In this document: positions 10,587 through 20,856 of the stretch, in pieces
Layout of the letters: every line of letters starts with the position of its first letter
How positions within the stretch are numbered: position 1 is the stretch's first letter
Source: Ignisphaera sp.
Lineage (GTDB): Archaea; Thermoproteota; Thermoprotei_A; Sulfolobales; Ignisphaeraceae
Reading direction: 5' to 3'
Assembly: GCA_038889075.1 (NCBI GenBank)
Contig: JAWAHS010000001.1
Coordinates: forward strand, 128,001-192,000
Length of the DNA stretch: 64,000 bases
Position numbers and translations under genes: made by a program
The notes under the pieces: model-generated
What the model saw: only the letters and a program-made list of their open reading frames with translations
What the model was told of the DNA's origin: nothing
The model's database searches: none

Positions 10587-11402
10587 CTAGTCTATCACCT
10601 CTATATCTACTCGGTATGGAAGTTCTGATGTCAGGTTCTTAACAACCTCTTCATAGCATTCATTTATACTACTCGGGTTCATTATACCCAGTTCGATGGC
10701 TAGTGTTACACTATTATCAGAAATCTCGTGTGGTTTTACAGATATTTCTTCTCTAATAATAGTTTTAGATCTTTTAAGCACATTCACTATTCTCTCTATG
10801 AGTGTTTTAACATCTAGATTATAGCCATATATCTTTGCCATAAATTTCAATAATGTATGCTGCTTCTTTACAATGATTGCATTGAAAACTTTTCTATATG
10901 GTATAAATATAGAAGCATTATGATTTGTTCTCAGTATCATATGGCTACCCTCAGCTAATATAACCCTCCCTGTATAGCTTTTACCATCGACTACTATTTC
11001 AACATTGTCGCCTTCTCTAACTATACTTGACGATATAACAATTAAATACATTAAAGAATTCTCTATATAACTATACAACGATGCAACTACTACAATACCT
11101 ATAAAAATTAGGGTGGCTATTGAGAGCCATGCAATTTCATACCTTTGGAAGATTGATGAAAATGCGATAGGAAGAGCTATAACCATCATAGCAATCAGAA
11201 TTACCGCCCGAAGTGTACCCTCTGTTCCATGCGTGATCAAGCCTCTTAATCTTAACTTATATAGGAGCCTCTTAGCAATGAAATAAACTATAGCTACTAC
11301 GAGTAAAGCTATAATTAGATTTAGATATGGTTGAATGTACTCTAAGAGAGATGCCATAGGAATCTCTCTAATATCCATGACGGCTTCACTTAAACTAGAC
11401 AT
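10587..11402 (-). CDS. mscS: Small-conductance mechanosensitive channel family protein
   Basis: 3 TM helices followed by VREGDNVEI..GRV..IFIPY beta domain. Confidence 0.75.
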   Translation of the reverse strand: MSSLSEAVMDIREIPMASLLEYIQPYLNLIIALLVVAIVYFIAKRLLYKLRLRGLITHGTEGTLRAVILIAMMVIALPIAFSSIFQRYEIAWLSIATLIFIGIVVVASLYSYIENSLMYLIVISSSIVREGDNVEIVVDGKSYTGRVILAEGSHMILRTNHNASIFIPYRKVFNAIIVKKQHTLLKFMAKIYGYNLDVKTLIERIVNVLKRSKTIIREEISVKPHEISDNSVTLAIELGIMNPSSINECYEEVVKNLTSELPYRVDIEVID

Positions 11403-11455
11403 GTTCCTATGATATTCATACTGACATATAGCATTTAAAAGTTTTTACAATCCCG

Positions 11456-11489
11456 AAAGCCTAGTCCTTTAGGGCGGGGAGGAGGTCAG
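11456..11489 (+). mobile_element. Isolated IS200/IS605-family right-end remnant
   Basis: AAAGCCTAGTCCTTTAGGGCGGGGAGGAGGTCAG; GC-rich imperfect hairpin followed by GGAGGTCA, resembling archaeal IS605/tnpB ends; no tnpA/tnpB nearby. Confidence 0.65.
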
Positions 11490-11491
11490 AT

Positions 11492-12127
11492 CTATAAACC
11501 AATAATACGCTGAATGTTCTGAGATGATGTTAGAATAAATATCTTGTCGGCTCTTTGAATTTTGTATTCTTTATTTGGATATATTACATTGTTTTCTTTA
11601 TCGATAATAAAGATTACCTGGCCACCCATTTCTGTAAGTTCTTCTATGCTTTTATCAACTAATTTTGTATGTATTGAAGAATCCAATAGAATTAGAAGTT
11701 GATTTTGGGCTATTTCCATTTCCTTCATGTTGTAAAGTCTCTCCTTAAGAATAGTGCTAAGCTCACTGGGCTTTACAATAATTTCATTTGCAAGACCGAG
11801 TTCCCTTAGTATAGATGCCACTTTGTTATCATTAACAACAGCAATAATTCGTGGGACGCCTAGGTACTTAGCATATGAGCATACAACTATGTTAATAAGA
11901 TCGTTTGTATGGGCGGCTATGACTACGTCGGTCCTCGGCATACCTATCTCTTTATATAAATCAAGGTCAAGTAAATCTCCAACAAATGTAGCTATATCTA
12001 GTTCTCTTCTTAGACCCTCAACTCGGTTGGAGTCGCTGTCTACAACGGCAACATCTGTGCCAGCTCTAACAAGCTCTACAATAAATTGGGTCAATTCTTT
12101 TGAAAATCCAATAAGCAATACTCTCAT
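11492..12127 (-). CDS. trkA: Trk K+ uptake NAD-binding RCK subunit
   Basis: TrkA_N (GDLLD..DVVIAAHTNDLINI) plus TrkA_C; downstream of trkH. Confidence 0.85.
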   Translation of the reverse strand: MRVLLIGFSKELTQFIVELVRAGTDVAVVDSDSNRVEGLRRELDIATFVGDLLDLDLYKEIGMPRTDVVIAAHTNDLINIVVCSYAKYLGVPRIIAVVNDNKVASILRELGLANEIIVKPSELSTILKERLYNMKEMEIAQNQLLILLDSSIHTKLVDKSIEELTEMGGQVIFIIDKENNVIYPNKEYKIQRADKIFILTSSQNIQRIIGL

Positions 12128-12195
12128 ATACCATACCTACCAAGGTTATATTTACCTTACTGACATTTAAATCTATATAATGTTTGTAATTACTG

Positions 12196-13671
12196 TTAAT
12201 GAAATGTCGCACTCCTTCTATAATACCAGCCAATAAAAAGATATATGGGTAGAAATTCTAGTCTGCCCATATACATCGCTACCATCAAAATTACTTTAGA
12301 CATTACTGGAAGTGACGGTGATGTTATGCCAGTACTTAAACCAACACATGATAGTGCTGACACGGTCTCAAATAAAGTATCTATAAATGTATAGCTGTGT
12401 ATTCCTTCGATTGTTAGTGATATGTGCAGTACACTACCTAATAGTAATATTGCAAATAGATATATTATAGAAAATGACAATGCTGAGAATATAGTTTCAT
12501 CATCTAGTTCCTCAGAACCTAGTCTTCTTACAATTATAGCGCCTCTCAACTTAAATGGTCGTTGAAATTCCCATAAAATACTTTTTAATACTATTAAAAT
12601 CCTTCTGGTCTTTATACCACCAGCTGTAGAAAAAGTTGCACCACCAATAATCATAGCACAGATTAGAATTAATTTAATTAATTCTGGTTCGCTATGGATA
12701 TCGATGAACTGAAATCCTGTGGTGGTATACCCAGATACCAAGTGATAAATCCACGAAATCATCTTACTGCGGCTGTTAGTAACCATCGAATATATCATAA
12801 TTAAAACAATTAGTGTAGATAATAGTAAGAAGAGACCCTTAACCTCTGATGATCTTACAAAATCCTTTAACTTTCCTTTTAATAGATTGTAGGTGTCGAT
12901 AAAGTTAAGCGCACCTATAATCATTATTATAGATGATGTAAATAGAATTGTATAATTTGTTCCACTAAACCAGAATCCTATGTTCTGTGAATGTGACGAC
13001 ATTCCTCCGGTCGCTATAGCTGTCATAGAGTGCATAATAGCATCTGGAAGATCCATTCCACTGAATAATAAAATTAATATGCCAATAAATGTATATATCG
13101 CATATACAGTATAAAGCCTTCTCATGGTAGAAGCTATGGTTGGTGCGAGAAGCGGACCCCGTTCAACAATGTAAACTGTTCTTATACTACGGTGAACAAA
13201 TGGCAGAAGAACTCCTGATACAACAACAATACCTATTTCACCAAGCCATTGTGTTACAGCACGCATCATTAGTATGATATGAGGATAGCTCTCAGGTACA
13301 GTAAGCATTGTTAACCCTGTACCTGAGAATCCACTTAGAGATTCAAAGAATGCATCTATAAAGCTTAGATCTGTTAGATTTAAATATACAAACGTCGTTA
13401 TAAGAGGTACTACTAGCCAAGTAATAAGTACAATACTGAAACCCTCAGTTATATCGGTAATGACGCTTCCTCTAAAGATTAGAATAAATATGATGGAAAT
13501 AGATAATGATATTAGCACTACAGTTAGATATTTTAGCACGCTATTCAATCCAATCGCATCCTCTAAGTAGCTATATAGTACATAAAATACTATGCCAATA
13601 ATTAGAAACATTATTGTGACTGAAAGCATTAAAATACTCATGCCATATACTATAGCCTTGATACTGACCAA
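12196..13671 (-). CDS. trkH: Trk K+ uptake membrane subunit
   Basis: Pore loops ESLSGFSGTG, ATGGMS, TTTGF, SALSCVGLS; GGIK and GRLE motifs. Confidence 0.93.
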   Translation of the reverse strand: MVSIKAIVYGMSILMLSVTIMFLIIGIVFYVLYSYLEDAIGLNSVLKYLTVVLISLSISIIFILIFRGSVITDITEGFSIVLITWLVVPLITTFVYLNLTDLSFIDAFFESLSGFSGTGLTMLTVPESYPHIILMMRAVTQWLGEIGIVVVSGVLLPFVHRSIRTVYIVERGPLLAPTIASTMRRLYTVYAIYTFIGILILLFSGMDLPDAIMHSMTAIATGGMSSHSQNIGFWFSGTNYTILFTSSIIMIIGALNFIDTYNLLKGKLKDFVRSSEVKGLFLLLSTLIVLIMIYSMVTNSRSKMISWIYHLVSGYTTTGFQFIDIHSEPELIKLILICAMIIGGATFSTAGGIKTRRILIVLKSILWEFQRPFKLRGAIIVRRLGSEELDDETIFSALSFSIIYLFAILLLGSVLHISLTIEGIHSYTFIDTLFETVSALSCVGLSTGITSPSLPVMSKVILMVAMYMGRLEFLPIYLFIGWYYRRSATFH

Positions 13672-13766
13672 ATCTCTAGCCCCTAATTCAATGTAAATTC
13701 CAGCTTTAACTAGTATATATCGGTGTATATGAAGGTTACTGGTTCGCGTTAATTATATTTGTAAAG

Positions 13767-14174
13767 CTATATAGACGGAGAGAACTTTATCCCATAAACT
13801 ATTATACCTTCGGCACCGTCTTCAAATATTTTCCTTAGTACAGCTTCTACATACATACCTTCGTGGATTCTATCTACATCTATATCTACTATTGGTGCTA
13901 CAACTTTGGCACCATTTTCAAGCTCTATCAATCCAACTATTATTGGTGCATATTCTCGGTATCCCTCCGGAACAGTGTACTCTATCGTCCATGAGACAAC
14001 TCTTCCTCTTCTTGGAAGACTGATGTTTTCGGTTTCGTGATGTCCACAATATGGACATGAAGGCTTTGGTGGATAAAATGCACGGTTACACTTTTTACAT
14101 TTTGAACCTTCTAACCTATATCTAGACCCTTTTTCTCTCCATACACGTACAGGTGACATCCTCATGCTATTCAC
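13767..14174 (-). CDS. DUF35 Zn-ribbon/OB-fold thiolase partner
   Basis: CKKC..CPYC Zn ribbon plus OB fold; overlaps the thiolase stop by 4 nt. Confidence 0.9.
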   Translation of the reverse strand: MNSMRMSPVRVWREKGSRYRLEGSKCKKCNRAFYPPKPSCPYCGHHETENISLPRRGRVVSWTIEYTVPEGYREYAPIIVGLIELENGAKVVAPIVDIDVDRIHEGMYVEAVLRKIFEDGAEGIIVYGIKFSPSI

Positions 14175-15322
14175 CTCTTTAATATGATTACAGAGGTTAG
14201 TGTTGCCACGCCACCTGTATTCATTGCAAGCCCTATTTCAGCACTGTTTAGTCTAACCCCTGGAAAGTCGCCTCTAAGTTGCATCGCTATTTCAGCAACT
14301 TGATATACACCAGTAGCACCAACAGGATGCCCTCTAGCTTTGAGACCACCACTTAGGTTTATACTCGGTCTATCTCCGGCGGCAAATTTTCCATCTTTTA
14401 TAAGTTTCCAGGATTCTCCTAGCTTTGCAAATCCTAATCCTTCTATAGACAGTAGAGCTGTTATCGTGAAGGCATCGTGTATCTCAGCAATGTCTATAGC
14501 ACTAGGATGTAGCTTAGCCATTTTAAAGGCTTTTTCAGCTGCTCTCCTTATACTTATTGGATTGAGAATATCTTCTCGCGAGGATAGATCTAAGCCTTCG
14601 CTTCCGAGTCCTACACCTGCTATCTCTATAGGTGTGTCACAGATCTTTTTTGCACTATCTTCTGAAGCCAATATAAGTACTGCAGCCCCGTCTCCAATGG
14701 GTGCCGAGTCCATAAGTCTTATCGGATCTGAGATTATAGGAGAGTTAATAACATCTTCAACAGTTATTCTATTTCTTAGTTGAGCATAAGGATTTTTTGA
14801 ACCGTACTCATGCATTCTAACTGGCCATAGGGCCAGATCCTCTCTTTTAGCCTCATATTTAAGCATATAAAGTCTCATTGCAAGTGCATTTAGTGCTGGG
14901 AAACTTATACCATAGATATACTCATATTCAGCATCAGCAGCTTGAGCCAGGGCCGAGGTTACGGTAGAAGTTGGATAGTCACTCATTTTTTCAACACCAA
15001 TAACCATAATCTGATCGTATAGTCCAGAAGCAACGAGAGAATAACCAACAACAACAGCATGGCCGCCGCTTCCACATGCAGCTTCAACTTTAAGACCGCC
15101 AAGACCTCTAAAACCTATTGCATCTAGTGCTAGTGCTGCTAGGGAATCCTGATTATAGAGTGAGCTACTCAGCATATTACCAACAACAATTGCCTCAGGT
15201 TCATAGGATTTGGCATCGTTGAATGCTTTTATAGCTGCATCGTGGATTAGTTGCATATAGCCTTTCTCATAATATCTATCAATCCTAGTCATACCTATAC
15301 CAGCAATATATACCCTTCTCAA
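14171..15322 (-). CDS. Acetyl-CoA acetyltransferase (archaeal thiolase)
   Basis: EAACGSG, EIHDAF, GHPVGATG; start moved to TTG 15322 behind a GGTG RBS (ORF track start 15364). Confidence 0.9.
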   Translation of the reverse strand: MRRVYIAGIGMTRIDRYYEKGYMQLIHDAAIKAFNDAKSYEPEAIVVGNMLSSSLYNQDSLAALALDAIGFRGLGGLKVEAACGSGGHAVVVGYSLVASGLYDQIMVIGVEKMSDYPTSTVTSALAQAADAEYEYIYGISFPALNALAMRLYMLKYEAKREDLALWPVRMHEYGSKNPYAQLRNRITVEDVINSPIISDPIRLMDSAPIGDGAAVLILASEDSAKKICDTPIEIAGVGLGSEGLDLSSREDILNPISIRRAAEKAFKMAKLHPSAIDIAEIHDAFTITALLSIEGLGFAKLGESWKLIKDGKFAAGDRPSINLSGGLKARGHPVGATGVYQVAEIAMQLRGDFPGVRLNSAEIGLAMNTGGVATLTSVIILKR

Positions 15323-15454
15323 AATTCTACACCATGGTGTCTGGTTATATTGGTTATTAAACATCTTAAAGTCGATATTACGAGTTCAGATATTTAAGAC
15401 ATACATAGGTATTCTGATATACATTCTTTATCCCACTTAAGCTAAATAAAACTA

Positions 15455-15506
15455 TAGATGTCTTAAGTCATGCCCACTGAGTAATGATGAATATCGGGGT
15501 ATAGGA
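15455..15506 (+). ncRNA. Candidate box C/D guide sRNA
   Basis: CTGA (15477-80), ATGATGA (15484-90), guide ATATCGGGGTAT complementary to the conserved 16S segment AUACCCCGGUA, then AGGA; outer boxes poor; boundaries uncertain. Confidence 0.35.
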
Positions 15507-15528
15507 AATGGGAATACATTAGACGGGG

Positions 15529-16671
15529 GTGGTACAGCTGTTCAGAGGTAGCTATTGGTTCATAGTAAGACCAGATGCTATTGCTGCGCTAAGTAATGAG
15601 ACCCTTAGAAGGGTGCTTAAATGGTATTACTCTGTGTTTATCGATGACTATCCAGCAAAATTCCATATAGCTAAAGCAGTTCCTCTTCCAAAGGATGCTA
15701 AACTCGTAGATGATATAGAAACTCTATGGGGTATACATAATGAGTTAACCAAATATTTTACTAGTTTATGGAATGAGGTTAAAAAAAGCGGTATAAAGTT
15801 CGATGAATTTAAGAAGATGTACGGTACGGCTGATACCAGTCTTCTAGATCTAGATATAGAAATTGCTATGAGGATTTTAAGAATGTGCAGATTTTGTGAA
15901 TGGAGATGCGGAGTAGACAGAACGTATACAAATAGGGGTGTATGTAAACTTTCTACCACATCGTATGTCCATAGCTGGTTTCTTCACATAGGCGAAGAAG
16001 CTCCTCTTGTCCCAAGCGGTACAATATTCTATGGAAGCTGTAACTTTAGGTGCGTATTCTGTCAAAATTGGGATATATCACAAGAAAATCCCTATAGTGG
16101 AGTTGAGGTAGATCCTAGAAGCTTATATGTAATACAGAGAGAGTTAAGAATAAATGGTGCAAGGAATATAAATCATGTAGGTGGAGAACCAACACCGAAT
16201 CTCTATAATATCTTAGCCAGTTTAAAGCATCTTGATGTAAATGTACCACAGCTATGGAATAGCAATTTCTACATGAGTGAAGAAGCCATGAAATTGCTTA
16301 ACCATGTTATAGATATATGGCTTCCAGATTTTAAGTATGGTAATAATGAGTGCGCATTGAGATTATCAAAGGTACCCAGATACATAGATGTTATTACAAG
16401 AAATCTTAGGACAGCTATAGGATGGGGAGATATGATAATAAGGCACCTCGTCCTACCTAATCACATAGAATGTTGTTCTAAACCTATACTAAAGTGGATT
16501 GCCACCAACATTCAAAGAGATCGTGTAATCGTTAACATAATGGATCAGTATAGACCAGAATACAAGGCACGCGAATACAGCGATATTTCGAGAAGACCAT
16601 CTCCACATGAGCTGGAGGAAGTGTATAGATATGCAGACAGTTTAGGAATACTGTGGAGAGACGTATCATAA
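15529..16671 (+). CDS. pflX: PflX-like radical SAM protein (COG1313)
   Basis: CRFCEWRCGVDR, HIGEEAPLVPSGTIF, CNFRCVFCQN, PDFKYGN, IIRHLVLP, MDQYRP. Confidence 0.88.
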   Translation: MVQLFRGSYWFIVRPDAIAALSNETLRRVLKWYYSVFIDDYPAKFHIAKAVPLPKDAKLVDDIETLWGIHNELTKYFTSLWNEVKKSGIKFDEFKKMYGTADTSLLDLDIEIAMRILRMCRFCEWRCGVDRTYTNRGVCKLSTTSYVHSWFLHIGEEAPLVPSGTIFYGSCNFRCVFCQNWDISQENPYSGVEVDPRSLYVIQRELRINGARNINHVGGEPTPNLYNILASLKHLDVNVPQLWNSNFYMSEEAMKLLNHVIDIWLPDFKYGNNECALRLSKVPRYIDVITRNLRTAIGWGDMIIRHLVLPNHIECCSKPILKWIATNIQRDRVIVNIMDQYRPEYKAREYSDISRRPSPHELEEVYRYADSLGILWRDVS

Positions 16672-16812
16672 GTCTATTGTGTGGATCGCGGCATTGCACA
16701 GTTCAATCATTCTTTCAAGTTATTATCTATTATCTATTCATAGCATTTATAGCAATCTGTTAAAATACAGTATTTTAACTGTGTATATAATTTTCATTAA
16801 AATGACTTCAAC

Positions 16813-17994
16813 TTGAAAATCTTAAAATGTAATGGGATAGATTATATGATTAACCATTCAGTCTATATAATATTTTTAGGACTGGCTTTCGCCAAAGTAT
16901 TTGAACTCATCCTTAGCAGGCTTAAAATACCATCTATTATTTCATGGTTTGTTGCAGGAATTGTTGTTGGGCCCTACGTACTTGGTTTAATAGATAAAGG
17001 TGTAGAGTTGGAGTTGTTTTCTAGAATAGCATCAATTTTTCTTATGTTCTATATAGGCTTCTCGACAAACTATAATGTTGTTTTAAGAAGAATCTCCTTA
17101 AGTATTATTGTTAGTTTAGCCGGTGTCGTAGCAACGTTTTTCCTATGTTTCGCTATATTGTACTCCATCACTATGAATTTATATACTTCAATACTACTAT
17201 CGATAGTACTTTCCAATACAGCCTCCGAGATGGCATCATCGATTATGTTGACTATTAATAAACCTTTTGTATATGATATTGTAACAACTGCAAGCATTGT
17301 CGATGATATTATTGCGATCATTGCCATATTTATGATGGCCATTCCAATCCTAAATGGTGCCAGTTACTTCAGCTATATGGCTTTCCTCATAGTTGTCATC
17401 ATTAGTTGTGTACTCATAGGTTTATTTAGACAATATGCTAAGAAAGTCCATGGACGTCTCCAAACAGAGGTCATACACGCTTTGTCTATGGCTCTTCTCG
17501 GGCTTTCAGTAGCTATCACAGTATGGATGGGTGTGAATGAGCTATTAGTTGCCTATACTATGGGTTTAGTATTGAATATTGTTATGATTAGGGGAGATGC
17601 TTTACTTAGATCAGATACTATTGCAATGGATTTGGCTGATTCTATAAATAAACTTCTTCACTGGGTATTCCTACCACTGCTATTTGTATATGTTGCACTA
17701 TCTATTGAAATTAAAATGGTTAATATGTATGTATTCTTACCGCTTTTCATAGCTTCTACAATAGGTAAGCTAATTGGATGTAGTCTGCCAGTCTATGTTA
17801 AAACTAAAAGACAGGATTCTATAACCATAGGAATTATAATGATGTTGAGAGGCTCTCTTGAAAATACGCTATTGAGTACACTATATCTCTATAGCTTAAT
17901 AGATAAGATGCTCTATTCCACCTCAGTTGTTGTATCGCTCACCTCTACATTGCTATCCCTACTACTATTGTATGTACTGAAGGTTTTGCGGTAA
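16813..17994 (+). CDS. CPA2 cation:proton antiporter
   Basis: About 12 TM; GIVVGP, ASIVDDIIA, GKLIG, MMLRG; true start probably ATG 16846. Confidence 0.85.
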   Translation: MKILKCNGIDYMINHSVYIIFLGLAFAKVFELILSRLKIPSIISWFVAGIVVGPYVLGLIDKGVELELFSRIASIFLMFYIGFSTNYNVVLRRISLSIIVSLAGVVATFFLCFAILYSITMNLYTSILLSIVLSNTASEMASSIMLTINKPFVYDIVTTASIVDDIIAIIAIFMMAIPILNGASYFSYMAFLIVVIISCVLIGLFRQYAKKVHGRLQTEVIHALSMALLGLSVAITVWMGVNELLVAYTMGLVLNIVMIRGDALLRSDTIAMDLADSINKLLHWVFLPLLFVYVALSIEIKMVNMYVFLPLFIASTIGKLIGCSLPVYVKTKRQDSITIGIIMMLRGSLENTLLSTLYLYSLIDKMLYSTSVVVSLTSTLLSLLLLYVLKVLR

Positions 17995-18122
17995 TTCTGC
18001 TAAAGATTTGGGCAGCTGTTAGATACAGATATAATGGATTTTGCTGTAAAAACTTAAGAGAGACCATTGCTCATACAATGAGATTAAAATACTAGGTACT
18101 AATTATTGTATGGTACGAGAAG

Positions 18123-18734
18123 GTGACATTAATCTTGAAGTGTATAGTTCTCGCTTCAAATAGTTTAAGAAGAATTGAACTTTTTAGGAAAATGGGAATC
18201 GATGTAGTAGCAATTGCACCTAATGTAGAGGAGGTAATATATGTTGGGGATCCATTTAGAACAGTACTTGAAAATAGCAAGAGAAAGGTGTTAAGTGTAT
18301 TTGATAGAGCGCCCCATAATTCAATAATTATAGGTATTGACACAGCTATATTTAATCCTATGATTGGTGTTATAGGAAAGCCTAAAACTATTGAGGAAGC
18401 AGAGAGGATGTTAATGAGTTTCAGTGGAAAGTACCACATGGTTATAGGCGGTGTTACACTACTTGATAAGGAAACCGGAAAAACAACAGAGTTTACTGAC
18501 ATAACAATAGTAAAGTTTAGAGATGTTACAGAGGACGAAATTAAACTCTATATTAGTATCGAGAATCCTCTTGATAAAGCTGGTGCATATGCTATCCAGG
18601 GTCTTGCAGCATTTTTCATTGAATCCATAATAGGCGACTACTATAACGTGGTCGGATTACCGCTTTCAAAACTGTATAGGGTACTAGACGAGGAATTCGG
18701 TTTCAATCTTTTAAAAAATCTGGTAAAAAGGTGA
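18123..18734 (+). CDS. maf: Maf nucleotide pyrophosphatase
   Basis: IVLASNSLRR, DT, GKP, DKAGAYAIQG, NVVGLP. Confidence 0.93.
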   Translation: MTLILKCIVLASNSLRRIELFRKMGIDVVAIAPNVEEVIYVGDPFRTVLENSKRKVLSVFDRAPHNSIIIGIDTAIFNPMIGVIGKPKTIEEAERMLMSFSGKYHMVIGGVTLLDKETGKTTEFTDITIVKFRDVTEDEIKLYISIENPLDKAGAYAIQGLAAFFIESIIGDYYNVVGLPLSKLYRVLDEEFGFNLLKNLVKR

Positions 18735-18790
18735 GTGGAATAAATACGTGCTACAATAGCTGTACTTGTTCGATAGTGTTAAAAATGTGA

Positions 18791-19072
18791 CTAATATCTT
18801 GGGAATAGTAAACCACTATTAAGTAATATAAAAATAGTTAGAATAACAATAAAGAATATTATTGAAATTATGAGTAGGCTCTTCACAATTTTCTTACTAG
18901 TTCCAAAAGCAATTGGTATAGGACCTAGAATAATGATACCGCCAGCTTCGGTTCTCTTTTCAACCTCTTTATCTTTAGCAGATAGAGCTGAGATAAATAT
19001 AAGCAGCATGCCTACAATTATCATAGCCATTGCTAATGCAAATATTACTGGTATCCATAATATGCTGGTCAC
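18791..19072 (-). CDS. DUF131/TIGR00304 small membrane protein
   Basis: Two TM helices flanking GGIIILGPIPIAFGT. Confidence 0.85.
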   Translation of the reverse strand: MTSILWIPVIFALAMAMIIVGMLLIFISALSAKDKEVEKRTEAGGIIILGPIPIAFGTSKKIVKSLLIISIIFFIVILTIFILLNSGLLFPRY

Positions 19073-19472
19073 TATATCACCGAGTTAACCTATCAGCTTC
19101 TAACCTACCTTATAAAGTTATTGAGATTAAAATGTCGTAGTTTCCTAAGATAAAGAATTAAAAGTGCAGATAATTATTAGTAAGAAAGCCCTTGCACACA
19201 ATTTAATGAATATCCATGTTAATGTTCTGCCGTACTATACAATTCGTATCTTTCTAAAATGAAGGTGAAATGTAACGGCAGTACGGTTTCATGAAGTATT
19301 GAATAAAGATCTTTCATTGATAACTGTATTGAATAGTAATGTTTCTCATACTGATAACCGATATAGATGATGATGAAATGTTCAGACTGCAAAATAGTAT
19401 GTAATGTAAAGACTGAAAGCCATTAAAATTTTTACTTGGACAAAGGGTAGTAGACCACGGTGGTGAAGTTTA

Positions 19473-20663
19473 GTGGAGCTTGATATAATGGGAAATTTTT
19501 CGACGTACTATATTCGTGGATTTAAAAGCCCAGGTATGTATATTCAAGGTAGAGGTGTACTGGTCTATCTAGGTAAACTTGTTAAGAGATTTGGAAAACG
19601 GGCACTTGTTTTATCTGATAAGATCGTTTGGAACATTGTTGGCAGCATCATTGGATCTAGCTTAAAGAATTTTGATATCCATTTTATCTACAGTGTTTTT
19701 GGTGGAGAGTGTAGTTGGAATGAGATTAATAGGATCTCATCTATAGCTATTGAAAATGGTGTTGACATGGTTATCGGCATTGGTGGTGGTAAGGCTCTAG
19801 ATACAGCTAAGGCTGTAGCGATACCAAATGGTTTAGCCGCAGTAATGGTTCCAACAATAGCATCTACAGACGCACCAATAACAGCACACTCAGTAATATA
19901 TACAGAGCCGTATCCAGGCAAACTTTTAGAATTACTGTTCTTTCCCAGGAATCCGGATATTATTATAGTTGATACAGAGGTTATTGCAAAGGCACCGCCG
20001 AGATTTCTAGCAGCTGGTATGGGAGATGCAGCATCGCACTACTGGGAGGCAAGAGCAATCTTTGCAGGCAACAAATCCAATTTTGTATACATGGATTATA
20101 ATGGTAGAAAAGGTGTAGAACCGCTGAAACCCTTCGATGTAGGGTTCATATTTGCAAGTCATGCCTGGGAGATTCTCCGTAGACACGGAGTACTGGCTAT
20201 GGATTCAGCTAGGACCAGGGTTGTCACACCCAGTTTGGATATGGTTGTGTATGCAAATACACTCCTCAGCGGATTAGCAGTTGAAAACTGCGGTACTGCT
20301 CTGGCTCATGCTGTTGGCAATGGCTTAAGTGCCTTAGAGGAGAAAATGAAGCCCATGCAATATCATGGTGAAATGGTAGCTTTTGGAACACTTGTTGAAA
20401 TTGTAGCTGAGGATCCGCCAATGATACAGGAGTATATATGCTGGGCACATTCAATAGGTCTACCCATAACGTTACAAGAGCTTGGTTTGGAGAATGTTAC
20501 AGATGATGAGTTATATCAGATTGCTGAAAGAGCTAAAATGTCGTTAGGCTTCTCCAGAATACCATATGAAATAATGCCAGAGAAATTAGTTGAGTTAATA
20601 AAAATTGCAGACAAAATAGGTAGAAAACTAGGGGAGAGGTGTCCTAGACAACCATATAGTTAA
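19473..20663 (+). CDS. gldA: Glycerol dehydrogenase family (metal-dependent polyol dehydrogenase)
   Basis: GGGKALDTAK, PTIASTDAP, GMGDA, AHA..NGL, HGEMVAFG. Confidence 0.8.
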   Translation: MELDIMGNFSTYYIRGFKSPGMYIQGRGVLVYLGKLVKRFGKRALVLSDKIVWNIVGSIIGSSLKNFDIHFIYSVFGGECSWNEINRISSIAIENGVDMVIGIGGGKALDTAKAVAIPNGLAAVMVPTIASTDAPITAHSVIYTEPYPGKLLELLFFPRNPDIIIVDTEVIAKAPPRFLAAGMGDAASHYWEARAIFAGNKSNFVYMDYNGRKGVEPLKPFDVGFIFASHAWEILRRHGVLAMDSARTRVVTPSLDMVVYANTLLSGLAVENCGTALAHAVGNGLSALEEKMKPMQYHGEMVAFGTLVEIVAEDPPMIQEYICWAHSIGLPITLQELGLENVTDDELYQIAERAKMSLGFSRIPYEIMPEKLVELIKIADKIGRKLGERCPRQPYS

Positions 20664-20856
20664 GATAGTATTCAAAATATCTTTGTTGTTTTCCTTATAG
20701 TTGCTGGAGCTACTTTGAGTAATAACTGGGGGCTACTGGTTGAAATTGTGCTACATGTTTTGTTTAGCCGATACCTCTCGTAACAGTACTGGTAGTATTG
20801 CCTACTACCCTCTTCTTTTAAATATTTAGACGATAAAGATATATAAACTTCTTATT

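Noticed and set aside
19367-19416. ATGATGA...CTGA spaced like a C/D sRNA
   Set aside because: AT-rich guides with no recognisable rRNA/tRNA complement and poor internal boxes
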